Source: Podarcis bocagei
Lineage: Eukaryota
Assembly (NCBI GenBank): GCA_964188305.1
Contig: OZ076885.1
Direction: 5' to 3' (one strand)
DNA: 64,000 nucleotides
How positions within the stretch are numbered: position 1 is the first letter of the stretch; each line of letters begins with the position of its first letter. The position numbers were made by a program, and so were the translations under genes. Shown piece after piece: positions 24,928 to 37,954 of this stretch. The notes beneath the pieces are model-generated. The model had not been told where the DNA came from and ran no database searches. It saw nothing but the letters and a program-made list of their open reading frames with translations.

Positions 24928-25431
24928 ATATCTGTGCTTTTTACAATTTAATCAATGGAGACAGTCCTGCTCTGTGATTTGATGGTGGAGGGAACCTATG
25001 AAAAATTCATGCAATTTCAATGTTTGTTTTATTGCATTCAAGTTGTGTGTGCCCATGCTCTGTCCCAGTAGCTTGCAGAAGCAGTGTGGGTTGGACAGCA
25101 GTGTTTTCTGTTATTTGACACATATGTCAACAAAGGTAGATTGATGGGCCCAGATAATTTAAGACCTAGAAAATAATATCCAGCAACTTGTTATAAAGCT
25201 CAAGTTAAGAAGTAGTAGTCAGGGTCAGGTCTTACCTTTCCTGTCCATCTAATGTTTTGAGAATCCTTATCCTTTAAACTGTGCTTAATATACCTCAAAT
25301 GTAACTCCATTACTTTCTACACTTTATAATACCAATTGCTCAACAAAACATACCGGTACTAGCGGTAGGTCTGGTAATATATGTGAGGATGCTGTTTGCT
25401 ACTTGTAGTATGAAGAACTAGGGCCCCAAAA

Positions 25432-25433
<2 letters not shown>

Positions 25434-25467
<34 letters not shown>
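25434..25467. repeat. (GT)n microsatellite
   Basis: About 17 units. Confidence 0.97.
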
Positions 25468-25469
<2 letters not shown>

Positions 25470-26345
25470 AGTTGCTTGTTCTGGCAATAGCAGACTTTCC
25501 TTTATGCATCTCCAAAGCAATAAGAACTTTGCCATCATAAAACAGAATGCTTTTAAGTCTTTCCCAAGGGAAACAGTATATGCATAGTTTATGTAAAAAG
25601 GAGAAGAAAGTAAAGGTAAGAATTCTAGTAAGGGGTAAAAAATTAACAGTTCTTTAACAGCCTAAGAAATACGCACCATTGCTTTCAATGAAAATACATA
25701 GGGGACTATACATTCTGCTAAGCTAGATCTTTTTGTAACTGGGGTAAAAAAAGTGATGGAATATGGCTCATCTCGTCTTGTCTAAATGAAACTACTATAC
25801 ATCTACTTATGAGTCTTCACTCCATAAGAGCATTTTAGTCAGCTTCATCCAGAATCATGCAATTAGAAAATATCTGGTAAAGAAAAAGGCGAAGAGAACA
25901 AGATTTGGAAGAACCCAGAAAGAGCAAATAACATTGACTCTAGAATGAAAAGCTTGGAAATATTTTTAGAACATTGGGCACACACACTGAAACTGCCCCA
26001 AGCAGCTTTATGTTGTGTGACTGGATGATTTGCTGCTAGTATACTGCTGCCAAAGTCTCACAAACTTTGGCATGATCTCAGAAGTATTCCTTACATGAAA
26101 GAACACTCCTCACCAACAATTTCTGCTGTAATATATTAACCACAAACATATTTCAGCCAAGATCAGACTTGGAAGTTCGGCTGGATCCCAAAACCCATTT
26201 TCATAAATATGGCTTAAATCCATTGGCTTCAACCATGTTGTTACAGATTTGTAATGCTGAGAATATCTGGTCCTTATTTTCTCACTCTCAGGTGAATATA
26301 TTCAAAGCAAAATTCCTACACCATATAGCAGATCTCATTACACTT

Positions 26346-26347
<2 letters not shown>

Positions 26348-26382
<35 letters not shown>
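26348..26382. repeat. (GT)n microsatellite
   Basis: About 17 units. Confidence 0.97.
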
Positions 26383-26383
<1 letters not shown>

Positions 26384-27769
26384 AACTGAAATCTAGAGGA
26401 ATTACTTCCAAGTAATCACTGTAACCCAGACGCTGCTGCAAAATACATATGGAATGCTTACATTAATTTTCCACATTCAGTTAAAAACAGAGAAGACAGA
26501 TCCATGTGTGCATCCTCCTGTACACACATTGCTTCCACCTTAAGAAAGGTTACAGACAATATACTTCATATATGGCACTATACTTAGATTTCAATAAGGA
26601 AAAATTAGAAGGGATGGCAGTCAGGGAAAAGAGAAGCAGAAAGAGCCAAAGTTAGGTGAGACAGCCCCTTGTGTAACTGGGATACCCAAGCAGCCCCATC
26701 TATACAAGATGGATAGAAAGCTAGTCAACACTACATTCCAGTATTTACCTATTACCCCTTTTTTGAACCAGACATAGGGCCAGGCCAACAACAGAGACAA
26801 ATCTGATAACTACATGAGGTGCCAGGTACATGACTCAGCCCTGCAAATGTATTGGGTGGTGAACTGTTGTCTGCACTTTAGGAAGAAGTGCACATAAGCA
26901 GCTTTAGCAGCTTGCAACTGCATGAATCCAATTAAAGGATGGAGGGAATGGGAAGAGGAAGTTGCCTTATTTCTAAGAAAGGATTGCACAGGTAGGCTGC
27001 AATTCTATATATATTTAGCTGGGTGTAAGCCCCACTGAACTTAGAAGTAAACAGACATAGGATTGTGCTACCAAGGTACTGTTGTTTCACTGCTGTGGAC
27101 AGAGTGTATGAGAGGGAACACAATTATAAATTGCCTAATACAGCAAAACACCTTGGGCCAGCTCTGATAAGACAGACTTTGGAAAGCTGGCAAAAGAGGA
27201 CTTTGGATGGCTTTTTCGCTTGTGAGTCCATTCAGCAAATCAGCAACTTTATGTACTCTCACTGTTTCCTCATATCCACCTAGGTTCTATTTTGTCCACA
27301 GGATTCCTTTACCCACGAGAGGAATGCCCCACTCCTATAACTGTGGAAGGAACAGGAAGTATAAGCAGGGAGGTGCTGCATTTGATTGGTTGACATTCAC
27401 AGTTATTTTATTTCAATCTCACCCCACAAGGGGATCAGGGGTGGAAGAGGAATGATTTAAACTTACACTCCCCTTCTGCCCACTCTCAATGTAAAATCCT
27501 GGGACCAAAACAGAACCTAAACCATTTGACCATCTGTACTTCTAGGCTAAGAAACTAGCCACAGAACCTCAGGATTCATTTTTACCGCTTTCCCGCAAGT
27601 TGGCTACAATCAGCTGCATGACACAAAAACAACAATCATTATTTGCTTTGCAAAGAAGCTACTTGGTGGATTACAACCAAAGGAATCAGAAGATCTTTAA
27701 TGACTTTAACTAGTGCTTTTTTTTCTAGAAAAAGAGGTGCAGGAACTCCCACTTTTTTATGGACAACCT

Positions 27770-29242
27770 TAAGTTGTTGAGCTTATTTTAGGGTGGTGCA
27801 ATGTGGTGGTGCAAGCCACAAAGAAGAATCATTTATAGCTTGCATTACATCCTCTAGTAACTGGCTAGAGGAGTTATTTTGGACCAGTTATTTGGAGGTT
27901 ACTGATTCCCACTGTGGAGGAAGGGCCTCTGGAACATTTGAGGACTCACTGTGATCAACTGGCTACACATTTTAAGAATAAAGTCACTCAACTTCAGAAT
28001 GACCTTGACTCTAAAGTTGTTGCAGCTGCAGATGAAGTATCCAATGCTAGAGTCAGTGATGTGTTGTGGGATCAATTTCAGCTTACACAGTCAGCTGAAG
28101 TGGGCAAGGTGCTAGTGGCTATATGCCTGACCACAGGCCGTCTTGATTCCAATCCTCTTGGTTTATTAAATCTAACAAAGGGGGTTGACTGGTTGAGTTC
28201 AGAGTGTGGTTACTGTGTGAGGGGGTGGTCCCTGCTGCCTTGAAAGAGGTAGCATTGGGAGAGGGCTTTTTAGCCTCCTGACAGTTATTGCTGTGGGATG
28301 CCACAGGGCACTACTTTATTTTCAGTGCTATTTAATATCTATATGAAGTGGCTGGGAACGGTCAGTTGGGGTGTGGGGGCAAAGTGCAATCAGTGTGCCA
28401 ATGCCACAAAACTCTATTTCTCTATAACATCTAAATCAAGAGAGATCAAGCAGGCCCTGGACCAATGCCTGGATGCAATGGTGAGATGGATAAGGGAAAA
28501 TAAGCTGAGCTTGAAACCTGGCAAGATGGAGGCACTGTGGGTGAGTAGTCCCTGTGTCCAAGAATTGGTCAATTGTCTTCCCTGAATAGACAATTGCATT
28601 CCCCTTGAAGGAGCAATTACTCAGTCTGGAGGTGCTTCCAGATCCAGTTTTGTCACTTGAGGTTCAGGTAGCCTTGGTGGCTAGAAGTGCCTTTTACCAG
28701 CTGTGTGCCTTATGACTGTTACTGGACAAGGACAGCTTGACAACAATAATTCAAGACTGGATTACTGCAATGCATGCTATGTAAGGCTTCTCTTGCACTT
28801 GACTTGGAAACTGGAGTCAGTGCCGAATACTGTAGCACAGTTGCTGAAAGGAGTGAGCATAAAACACCTCTGGGCCCAGTTCAATGTGGGACTGCCTCAC
28901 CCCATATGTGCACACTTGACAGCTTTTATTTGTGGAACTGGCACTGTTACACGTATACTTGTTCCACAGTTTTAAGAAATTGAACTTTTAGTGTGGCAGC
29001 ACATACACTTTGGAACTTCCTGCCTGTTGACATCAGGCAGGTGCCTTTGCTGTACTTTTCAGCACCTACTTAAAACATGTTTGTTTAGGCAAGCTTATCC
29101 AGACCTGTATTATCCAGTATTTTAATTTCTTTTAATTTCAATTACCTTTAAATGTTTTCATTTATAATTTTAATACTTGCTGTAAACCACTTAGAAGTTT
29201 TACTGCAATCAAGCAGTATATAAATTTTGTTAAATAAAAATA
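27770..29242 (+). mobile_element. 5'-truncated, internally deleted L2 LINE (degenerate RT and 3' UTR)
   Basis: Frameshifted ORFs PQGTTLFSVLFNIYMK, CANATKLY (degenerate YADD), WIRENKLSLKPGKME, SRLDYCNACY..KLESVPNTVAQLL are L2 ORF2 motifs; ends in TAAATAAA. Confidence 0.92.
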
Positions 29243-30709
29243 GTAAGTTCCTTTAAAATCTTAAGGAATGCTCTGATCAGAGCATTCCCTAACTCCTGCT
29301 TCACCTTTAGCCTGGCAGAAAGATTTCAAAGCACTGCACACATTGTAAGTTCTAAATAAATTACAAGCAGAGTTGTACGTACATTTGCAGCATGGTTTCG
29401 TAAATAATATTTTATCTAACTCAATTCCCCTTCACTCTTTGACACTGTCCCCCACGTACAGTCATTCACCATATCCTCTCACACATCCTTTAGCTACCCC
29501 TCTCATACGTAACTTCTCACACATACTCCTAAAAGTTGGCCAACATCTTAATAATGCTGCCTGCTCTCTTTTTAGCTGAACCCACTCCCACCAATACATA
29601 CAGGCACATCTGTCTGTAGGACTTATGTGCCAACACAACGATTTTTAGAAAAAAACAACACAACACTTGAGCAGTTGGATTGTTAATAAACACTTCACAG
29701 CACCTCAGCAACTGAGCCAATAACTAGGAAGGCCTCACTTCAGTCAGCTGAACTCAGAGATCTTACAGTCAATTGCTATGGAAGTTGCATAGGTTGGGGA
29801 ATAAATTGTGGTTATGATAATATGGAGGTTTCAAAGCCACTACATTTAAAGCATTGTAGAAGTGTGTAAAAACATTTACTGGGACTCGTGGAAACAGGGA
29901 TGTGGGAAACCTCAGTGGGAAATTTTTCTAGCTTTGTAATTCCTGCTATGGGGGGGGGGGTGATTCACATTTATGTTTTGCTCTAGGCAAAACTCAGTAA
30001 GGTCTTTGTGGAAAAACTCCAAACTGACACTCAATTTTTGCTTCAGGTGAAGTTCAGTGGTAATACTACCAGTTCTTGAAAAGATATGGAGCCCCTGTAT
30101 TTTACAAGCCCCGCCCCCTGACCCCCTAGTTGTAGTTAAGTCATGGGCCCCCAGTAGTCTTCCAGAAAGAGTATCTAAAGAAGCCCTCTCCCTCCAATTT
30201 GAGTATTCAGAAATATTTGTTTCAAACCTTACTGAAGCACTTATTGTCCTAATTATTAGAGAGAGAAAGATAACAGGAATTAAGAAAAAATAGGCCTGCA
30301 TTTGAATAAGTGTGCTTATTCATTAATGTCACTGAGTATATTTATTCTCTAATGCAGAAAGTAAAAATGTTAGCAAGGTTTTAAGGCATTCTGGAATTAT
30401 AACTGCCTGACCAATACAGACCCAACACTATAGTTTCAAACGCTAAAATATTACAGAGATCAAAACCTTAGATTTTTTAGTTAACAGCTGCAGTGAGTAC
30501 AAACCCATTCTTAAGTCCCCGACACATTTTGAACAAAGTTTTCTTTAAATGACTGTAAGGAGGAACCAATATATTGATTATTAGGACTAGTGTTGAATCA
30601 ATGAACGGAGCATGCTAATTTGTACAATAACTCTATCAAATCTGAACATAATAAGCTACCACTCTTTTCCCATCAGTTTTAAAAATACAGTAGTAATACA
30701 AAATGGTAA

Positions 30710-30975
30710 CAAAGAGAGGCCAAAGCCTGAGGGACTCCATTCTCTTCCCATGAAATGCAATGGCAAATAAAAATAAATCATTCACAGTGAGGCTCTGAAT
30801 GGGCAGTGGGACTTAACTATGCTTGCAGCCATAAGGGGGGTCTCTATGGCTGAGGGCTCAGGCTGGCAGGACATTGGAGGAAATGGTCATTGGCGCTGCT
30901 CATGAGCTAAGCTTTCCGTCTCTAGGGCTATCAATCTGGCAACTTTCACAGGCACTAAAAATCACACACACACAA
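30710..30975 (+). mobile_element. LF-SINE relic (3' half)
   Basis: GTCTCTAGGGCTATCAATCTGGCAACTTTCACAGGCACTAAAAATCACACA, GAATGGGCAGTGGGACTTAACTA and GAGAGGCCAA match recalled LF-SINE 3' consensus blocks in order. Confidence 0.7.
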
Positions 30976-33607
30976 ATTAAGCGAAAGATATAGGAAAATA
31001 CTGCAGTGTCAAGGCATATTTAAAGTAGAGTTTGGAACTGAACTTCTGTGATGTTTCCTGCAACTTGCCTGAACACTTTTTTCCATTCAATACATTAAAG
31101 GGCTATGATCAAGGCTAGAAGACCTAAAATTAGACCTGCCAGCTGTGTTTTGGTTAGTGAATATTCACAGGCCCTGCTATCCCTGTGGCCAGCCTGTCTT
31201 GTCCTTTCGAGTAAACAGAATGCTGATTTGTCTAATCGATTTCATTATCCTATTGGCTAAAAAATAATAATCTGGAGATCAAAAGACACAGAGAAGACCA
31301 TATCTAGGCAAATATCTGTCAAAGCAAACCAATTGTCTACAACGTATTTAGAATTGTATCTATTTTACAGATCTTTCTTGGAGTGGTGGCCAGAATGAAT
31401 GTATTCAAAGTTTAAGAAATTAAGATAAATTACTTAAAATTAAAGTTCTTTATTGCAGAAATGTACAGTGAGAAAATGCATAATAAATGTGTTACTAATA
31501 AGTTACAGATAAATCTTAGCAGTATTAAATTTCTAATCAGTGGTTGCCTGAAACCAATTTTTTGTTTCGTTTTATGAAACAGCTTCTAGCTACATAATCC
31601 ACAGGTATTAATGCCCTTTACATGTGTAAATATATAATTGAGCTAAGGATCTCCAAAATTAGATGACCCAAAGTAGAGACAACATTGGACAGCTTGATTA
31701 TTTAAAATTACCAGATGAGTTCTGTTCTTTCTAAATATCTAACAATCATCAAAATGAGTCAGTCAGATTCATGTGTGAGTGTTATTGCCCTGTAATTACA
31801 GGTTGCAAGGGGGGATTGGCAACCTTCAAAATAATTGGAAACATATGTATCAATGCTTAATAAAAGGCTAGGCTGTGCAAAAAACAAGTGTAACAAGAAG
31901 AGAACAGATTCATATCACTACAATATATGCTCAAATGTTTGTTTTTAAAATATCTTAGATTATTCCTTTACACATAAAAACATACACATATACAAAGTAT
32001 TTAGTAAGATGACAGCCACATCAGAATCTCTGCACGGTGCTTCCTTCCACATTTTCCCTAAAAGGGTAGAATCTACCTGTAAGTAGGTAATGGTCCATGA
32101 TTAAAAAGAATTAGTGGAAGCTAAAACATATTGCATCTCATACAAATCATTGTCCCGTCATGTCCAATCTATAAAATAAACGCTCCTGACTCTCTCAAAA
32201 GCTCATCTCAGAAACTTTACACCACTTTTCCACTTTAACCTTCCAGCAGATCCCTGGAACACACTACTTGAGTTGCTACTATCGATGCATTTAACACAAT
32301 CGACGCTTCCTTTTGATTAAGGCTGCCTACAAAAACCTTTAAGGTATGAGCACCACCAGATGTCCAGGATGAATTATAGTCTTAGACTAAATTTATGTTA
32401 GCTCTGAGGAGATACGATAAGCTTTCTCCACATAGCTGTCCAGTCACCACTTCCTCCTCATGCGGTCCAGCTCTGGTAGGCTTCAGGCAATGGTTCTCTG
32501 ACAGGAAGTTTTAACTGCCGTGAGGTCCAGGGTCCTGCAAAAGCCACAGGAACTCTTGTGGTACTTATATTTTTTGTGCAGTCATGGCCAGGGTTGTCTG
32601 TGGGAACCCTAACAGTTATTTCACTTAAAGTAGTAAATGTGACAGACCTGCTGTCCACATTTAAAAGCCTTCACAAGACGTAATACTATGCTGCTTTATC
32701 CAAGGGAATTTGGAGAATTGAAGTGTTGGAGTACCGGAGAATTTTGGGAAGAGCTTATCGTGGGCAAACATATATTTGAAATGAAACTTGAATAGAAAGG
32801 GGGAAACTGCCTTTTCCCCTTGTAGTAGGAGGTATAAGCTGGTGAACTGAGCTAGGCTTGGAGAAGAAGGGTACTTAGCCCTGCTATGGGATACAAATTC
32901 AGAAATGGTTCAGGGGGAAAACAATAATCTAATACAGTGTTAAACAGACAAGTCTCTGGTTTATTCTTTTAGGGGGCTAAAGCAGAGGTAGGGAAGGATT
33001 AAGAATGGAAAGGAGTACTAATTGTCTTTCATTTCACAACAAATCACAGAGCAATATATTCTCAGGGAGTATTAGCCAGGTTTAACTGTACAGCTTCCAC
33101 AATGATATTTGTAAAAATTGTTACTGTGAGAGGTTGGGGAAAAAGAATGGATTGTGAAGGGCTAGAGACAGTCAGTTAAGGGTGTGATAGGCAGAATGAG
33201 ATTCGGCAGGAAAGAGAGAAAGTCCAGCATAGAGATTGGCAGGAAGCAACTCATCACAGAGGTCAAAGCCTTCACTATGCCCATTCCCCAGCTCCATAAA
33301 TCTGCCTTTAAGCTTTGTAACTAACCCACCTTAAGTACTCAGAAAGCAAATCTTGCCTTGGTTCTCATCACTCCATAACATAGGTGTCCAGTCTTTGCTC
33401 TTCACTGCCTCTCCCTTGCCTGCCTCTCCCATGGCATTTACATAGCAACAACTGGGGCTTAGACACACTGCTTATGCTTAACAATGGGATCAAGCCTATC
33501 AGAATCTCCACTCCTACACAATTACTTTGAGATGTATTTTTGCACTCTTGCTTCGGCACCCCTTTGGCTTCCCTTAGCTTCCCTATGTTCCAAGATATCC
33601 TGAACAA

Positions 33608-33680
33608 TTGGTTTTAATTGTTGTAACCTACCCTGGGACCTTAGGGTGAAGGGTGAGTCAACAACAACAACAACACAGCA
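33608..33680 (+). mobile_element. L2-type 3' terminus with (CAA)n tail
   Basis: TGTAACCTACCCTGGGACCTTAGGGTGAAGGGTGAGT then (CAA)n; related antisense copy at about 57680-57760. Confidence 0.55.
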
Positions 33681-34281
33681 ATAACACAAGCTATTACAAA
33701 AAAATTATATACAGTGTAAAGCAATAGTGGCAAAATGATGCATACTTATTTGTCACAAAATATGTCAACTTGCCAGCTATATCATGTAACAAGAGTATTT
33801 TTATAATTTATTGATGATGATGATGATTTTGACACAGCTGTGTGTGTTTCTGCTATTGGTACCATCACATGCTGTTTATCTGCATAAACAAATTTGCCAT
33901 ATGAGTAGTGTAGACAAATAAATATTCAATATGTAATAAAGTCATATGTGATATTTTTAAAGGTTTTGAATGTTCTCTCTCATATTATACTTAAGATGGA
34001 TAGCTACCCACACACAAACATGAAGACAGACAATTCAGCTCTCTATTTCTAAATGTATTTATATATGAATGTTTGAGTGCATGTGTATATGTGTGCTCAC
34101 AAGCTCCCATGTGTTCCAGAGCTTTCCTTTTACTGTTTTTCCTGAACCTCTACATGAGTAATATCCAACATCATGGACCTTGAACACTGATGATTCTGGC
34201 TAACGCTTTTATCCTTTGCTTGAAATTACAGGATCAGTCTAGCCAGAATTTATGAGAACCAGACCCTAGACCTCACATAGC

Positions 34282-34437
34282 NNNNNNNNNNNNNNNNNNN
34301 NNNNNNNNNNNNNNNNNNNNNNNNNNNNNNNNNNNNNNNNNNNNNNNNNNNNNNNNNNNNNNNNNNNNNNNNNNNNNNNNNNNNNNNNNNNNNNNNNNNN
34401 NNNNNNNNNNNNNNNNNNNNNNNNNNNNNNNNNNNNN
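34282..34437. other. N-run (156 nt)
   Basis: 156 consecutive N. Confidence 0.99.
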
Positions 34438-37400
34438 TACAGAAATCTCATTGCTTCACAATGATGCAACTAATATCTCTCTTGTCCATGCTGAGATGGG
34501 GTTGTAAAGAAAATCAACACTGAAATTTCAGGAAATTAGCTGATGGGTTATTTGCTGTTCACACTTATAGATTACTTAATTAAATATTCATGGTTCTTTA
34601 TGGGTGTCTGGGTACATTTGTGCACCCTTTTAGTTTTATATGCACACATACAAATCGCGAAAGTGTAATTTAGCTTTCCTAAAAGCTAAATTATATATTA
34701 TAACAGCATATGATATTAATTGCTGTTGCACTGTAAATAAGTGGGAAAATACCCTTGACCCTAAAACAATTTAAAATATTTCTTGATACCTTGTGATGTG
34801 GAAGAAAATGAAATATCTACTCTAAATGGCATTTAGCCTCTCATTGTCACTTCTTAGCAGTGAGTGTTTCTAGCCAATAAGCCCACTTTCTTTGAAGTAG
34901 CCAGACCCATCTTTTACTAACTCTACTTTGGTTGGTTAGAAGGTTGCAACTTTTTATTTCAGATTCAGACATAATAACAGTTATTCAGCTCTTCATGCCC
35001 TCAAAGCTACTACTATACATGATGTTGTTGGCATCCGTCCGTATCAAGAGACAATGGAAGAGTGCGCCATCAGGGGTAAAGTCAAACCACTGGAGAGTTA
35101 CAGCGCCTCCATCTACCACTTTCATTATTTCAAACTACAGGTTTTGAAAAATTCCTTCATTGTTTCTCTGTGGCACAATGAGTCAGCGTGTCTGGCTGTT
35201 AACCAGGGATGGTTGTGGGCCGGATTCCTATATTCCAGGGGGTTGATGGCCCTCAGGATGCCTTTGAACTCTGTGATTCACTGCTTTGGGCTCCATTAAA
35301 ACCAAACGACTTATTATGTAAGAAATGCATTTTTAACTAAGAATTTGAAGTGGCTGTTAGAAATGATGTCTTTAAAAAATATGCTGTTATACTTAGCCCA
35401 AACTAAAGAGCAAACAACGAACGGTGAGATCCAGGTAAAAGTAAGAATTTCTAAATTTCATTGATTTCAGGGGGAGAAAATTGAGCATGTAACCCAGCTT
35501 AAATGTGGCTGGATCATGCCCTAATGGAAAATATATATCTTAGGCAGATCTTTTCAGTATAGGTGTTCAGAATGCTCTCTGATTTACAAAAAAAACAAGC
35601 ACAATGATTTTTTGTCACTATGTGCTGTATAGCTAGGGATCTGATTAATTTTAAGTTCACATAATATATATATTTCACTAGCCACACTTTAGAAACCTAC
35701 AGATATATGTTTAAAGTACCATGTGCCATGATCCTGCAATGTGATGAGTGTCTGTTGCTACTTACTCATCTGAGGAATCTGAGAACAGGCAGCGCCTCAC
35801 AGGATGCACTTCACACCATACAGAATTGGACACTTGTTCTAACTAAAACAAACAGTGTACAAAAGGTCATCAGTCCCAGTGACTAAAACAGTTTTGATGG
35901 AGACCAGTCTTTGACCTTGTTGACATGTGTCTCTATTCTTTTCAGCAGCCCTTGGTGTCCACATCAGAGGAATGCAAAACAATCATCTGCTGAGGTGGCC
36001 ATAGGTCTCTTTGCGCAATATATAGAACACACACTCTTTAATGCACAGTAAGGCAGCTATTTTTTGCACTTTATGTAGGAGTAACTAGCTGATTTAACCA
36101 AGTTATCAGCTACATACTTTGACCTGTCAACAGTGTATATGAATAGTGTCTATAGTGCCAGTATGCATACCCCTGAAGAATTATTCTGGCTTGAGGATCA
36201 AATGAATGCCATTTACTCTTCTTTAACTCTAGCCTTTGTGCCTCCTGCCAGGTCTCCCAGGGCTAAAAGATGTTCCCATTTCAACTCACCAACCCTCGGG
36301 TTGTATCTAAGAAAATTATAGTCAGAGCAGACCCACTGAGATTAATGGGCCTGAAGTTATTCATATCCATTATTTTCAATGGGTCTACTATGAGTACCAT
36401 TAATAAGGCTATAGCCCTATCTTCATTATTTCCGCTCTTAAGTCCCTCCTCAAAACCAAATTTAAATTATGCCCTTGACTGCCCTTATGCCACCTTTCAG
36501 GGACTCCCTCTTTTTATTTATTTTATGAGATTTTTATCCAACCCTTCAGTCTGTCTGGGTTTGTACTGTTTTACATTATCATGGCCTCATCATCTCCCTT
36601 TATTGGTGTTTCATCTTAACAAAATTAAATTCTCTAGCCAACGAGGGTTTTTTGTTCTGTATAATACCTAACATCCTGTTACCACTGAATAAATGTTTAA
36701 TAACAGTAATTCTAAATAAAACTGTGAGGTGAACCTCTTTCCTCCATAAAAATTGTCCGAAACTGTTTCTTCCTGTAAATCCAAAAAAGGGTTTATTCAT
36801 TTGTATTTTTATACTTTGTTCAATAGGACAAGTAAGTCACAACTGGAAACTTTACCTCATAAACTAGCCATTATCATTAGCCATTGAAAAGATAAAATCA
36901 CTTGATTTGGTTGTGAACCACATATTAGGTTTAAAGACACTCCAATGATACTGGGAGATGACAACTTTGTATGGATCGAGAAAACAGAATTTATGAAAGA
37001 ATGACGGTTTAATTTGAAGTTACAGCAACCTTGGCATTCCATGCCAGCTGACATGGACACTGATCTTAGGTTAAGGAAGAAAATGAAAATTTGCATACTT
37101 GGGCTGAATAAAAATATTTTTTCTTTTCTTTTCTTTGAAAGATCTAAAGCCTTCTATGAGCAACAATGGCTCAAAACGAAAGACCATACTAGACATGTCG
37201 GGTAAATATTTGGCCCAGATTCAATTAAACAGTTGGGCTAGCAGGAGCCAGAATAACATGTCCATTAGTACAATGGAGCTTTCCCCAACTTTTCACTCCC
37301 ATATGCTCCACCCTCCCAAATCAACTCGGGGGGTGGGAAGTCAGAAGAATCAGTTTACCATTTACTTAGAAAATGGGATGGAAAAGTCTACTTCCTACAA

Positions 37401-37822
37401 AACTGCCTAGGTAGCATTGCTTATCAGAATGTCCCCCTCAGGGCTCCATACATAGAGGGATTACTGAGGCCATTCTGGTGGCTCAACCCCTGAATCTCAA
37501 TGTACACACAATGTGCATGGTCATCTGCATTGTTGAAGTCTGTACAAGCAGAGCTCTACATATGTAGACACAATCTGGAACCCCAACTGAATGCTTTGAC
37601 ATAGGTTTTCCTTATGCAGACATCCACACACAATGCATCAGCTTTGAGCACTGTATTTCCCTGGAAATATCATGTTGGAGCCAGCAGCCTGGCTCCACTG
37701 CTCCTTTCTGTGGAGGTCCGTTCACATGAATATCACATGCAAGAGACTACAGTCAACTTGTTAAACAAGGACAATATAACTTGATGTGACCTTATCATAT
37801 GCTTGAGCAAAATGCAGCCTCA

Positions 37823-37954
37823 CAGGGGCAGGCAACCTAAGGCCTGTGGGCCGGATGTGGCCCAATCACATTCTCAATCCAGCCCACGGATGGTCCGGGA
37901 ATCAGCATGTTTTTACATGAGTAGAATGTGTCCTTTTATTTAAAATGCATTTCT
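37823..37954 (+). mobile_element. hAT (Charlie-like) transposon terminal fragment
   Basis: CAGGGGCAGGCAACCTAAGGCCTGTGGGCCGGATGTGGCCC terminus. Confidence 0.65.

Noticed and set aside
27914-28983. Cluster of ORFs as a host gene
   Set aside because: They are frameshifted L2 reverse-transcriptase remnants
32458-32658. Minus-strand 66-aa ORF or exon
   Set aside because: All frames hit stops before a convincing donor; no recognisable protein
35021-35110. RTE-type LINE 5' fragment
   Set aside because: Only a vague resemblance over 90 bp; insufficient support
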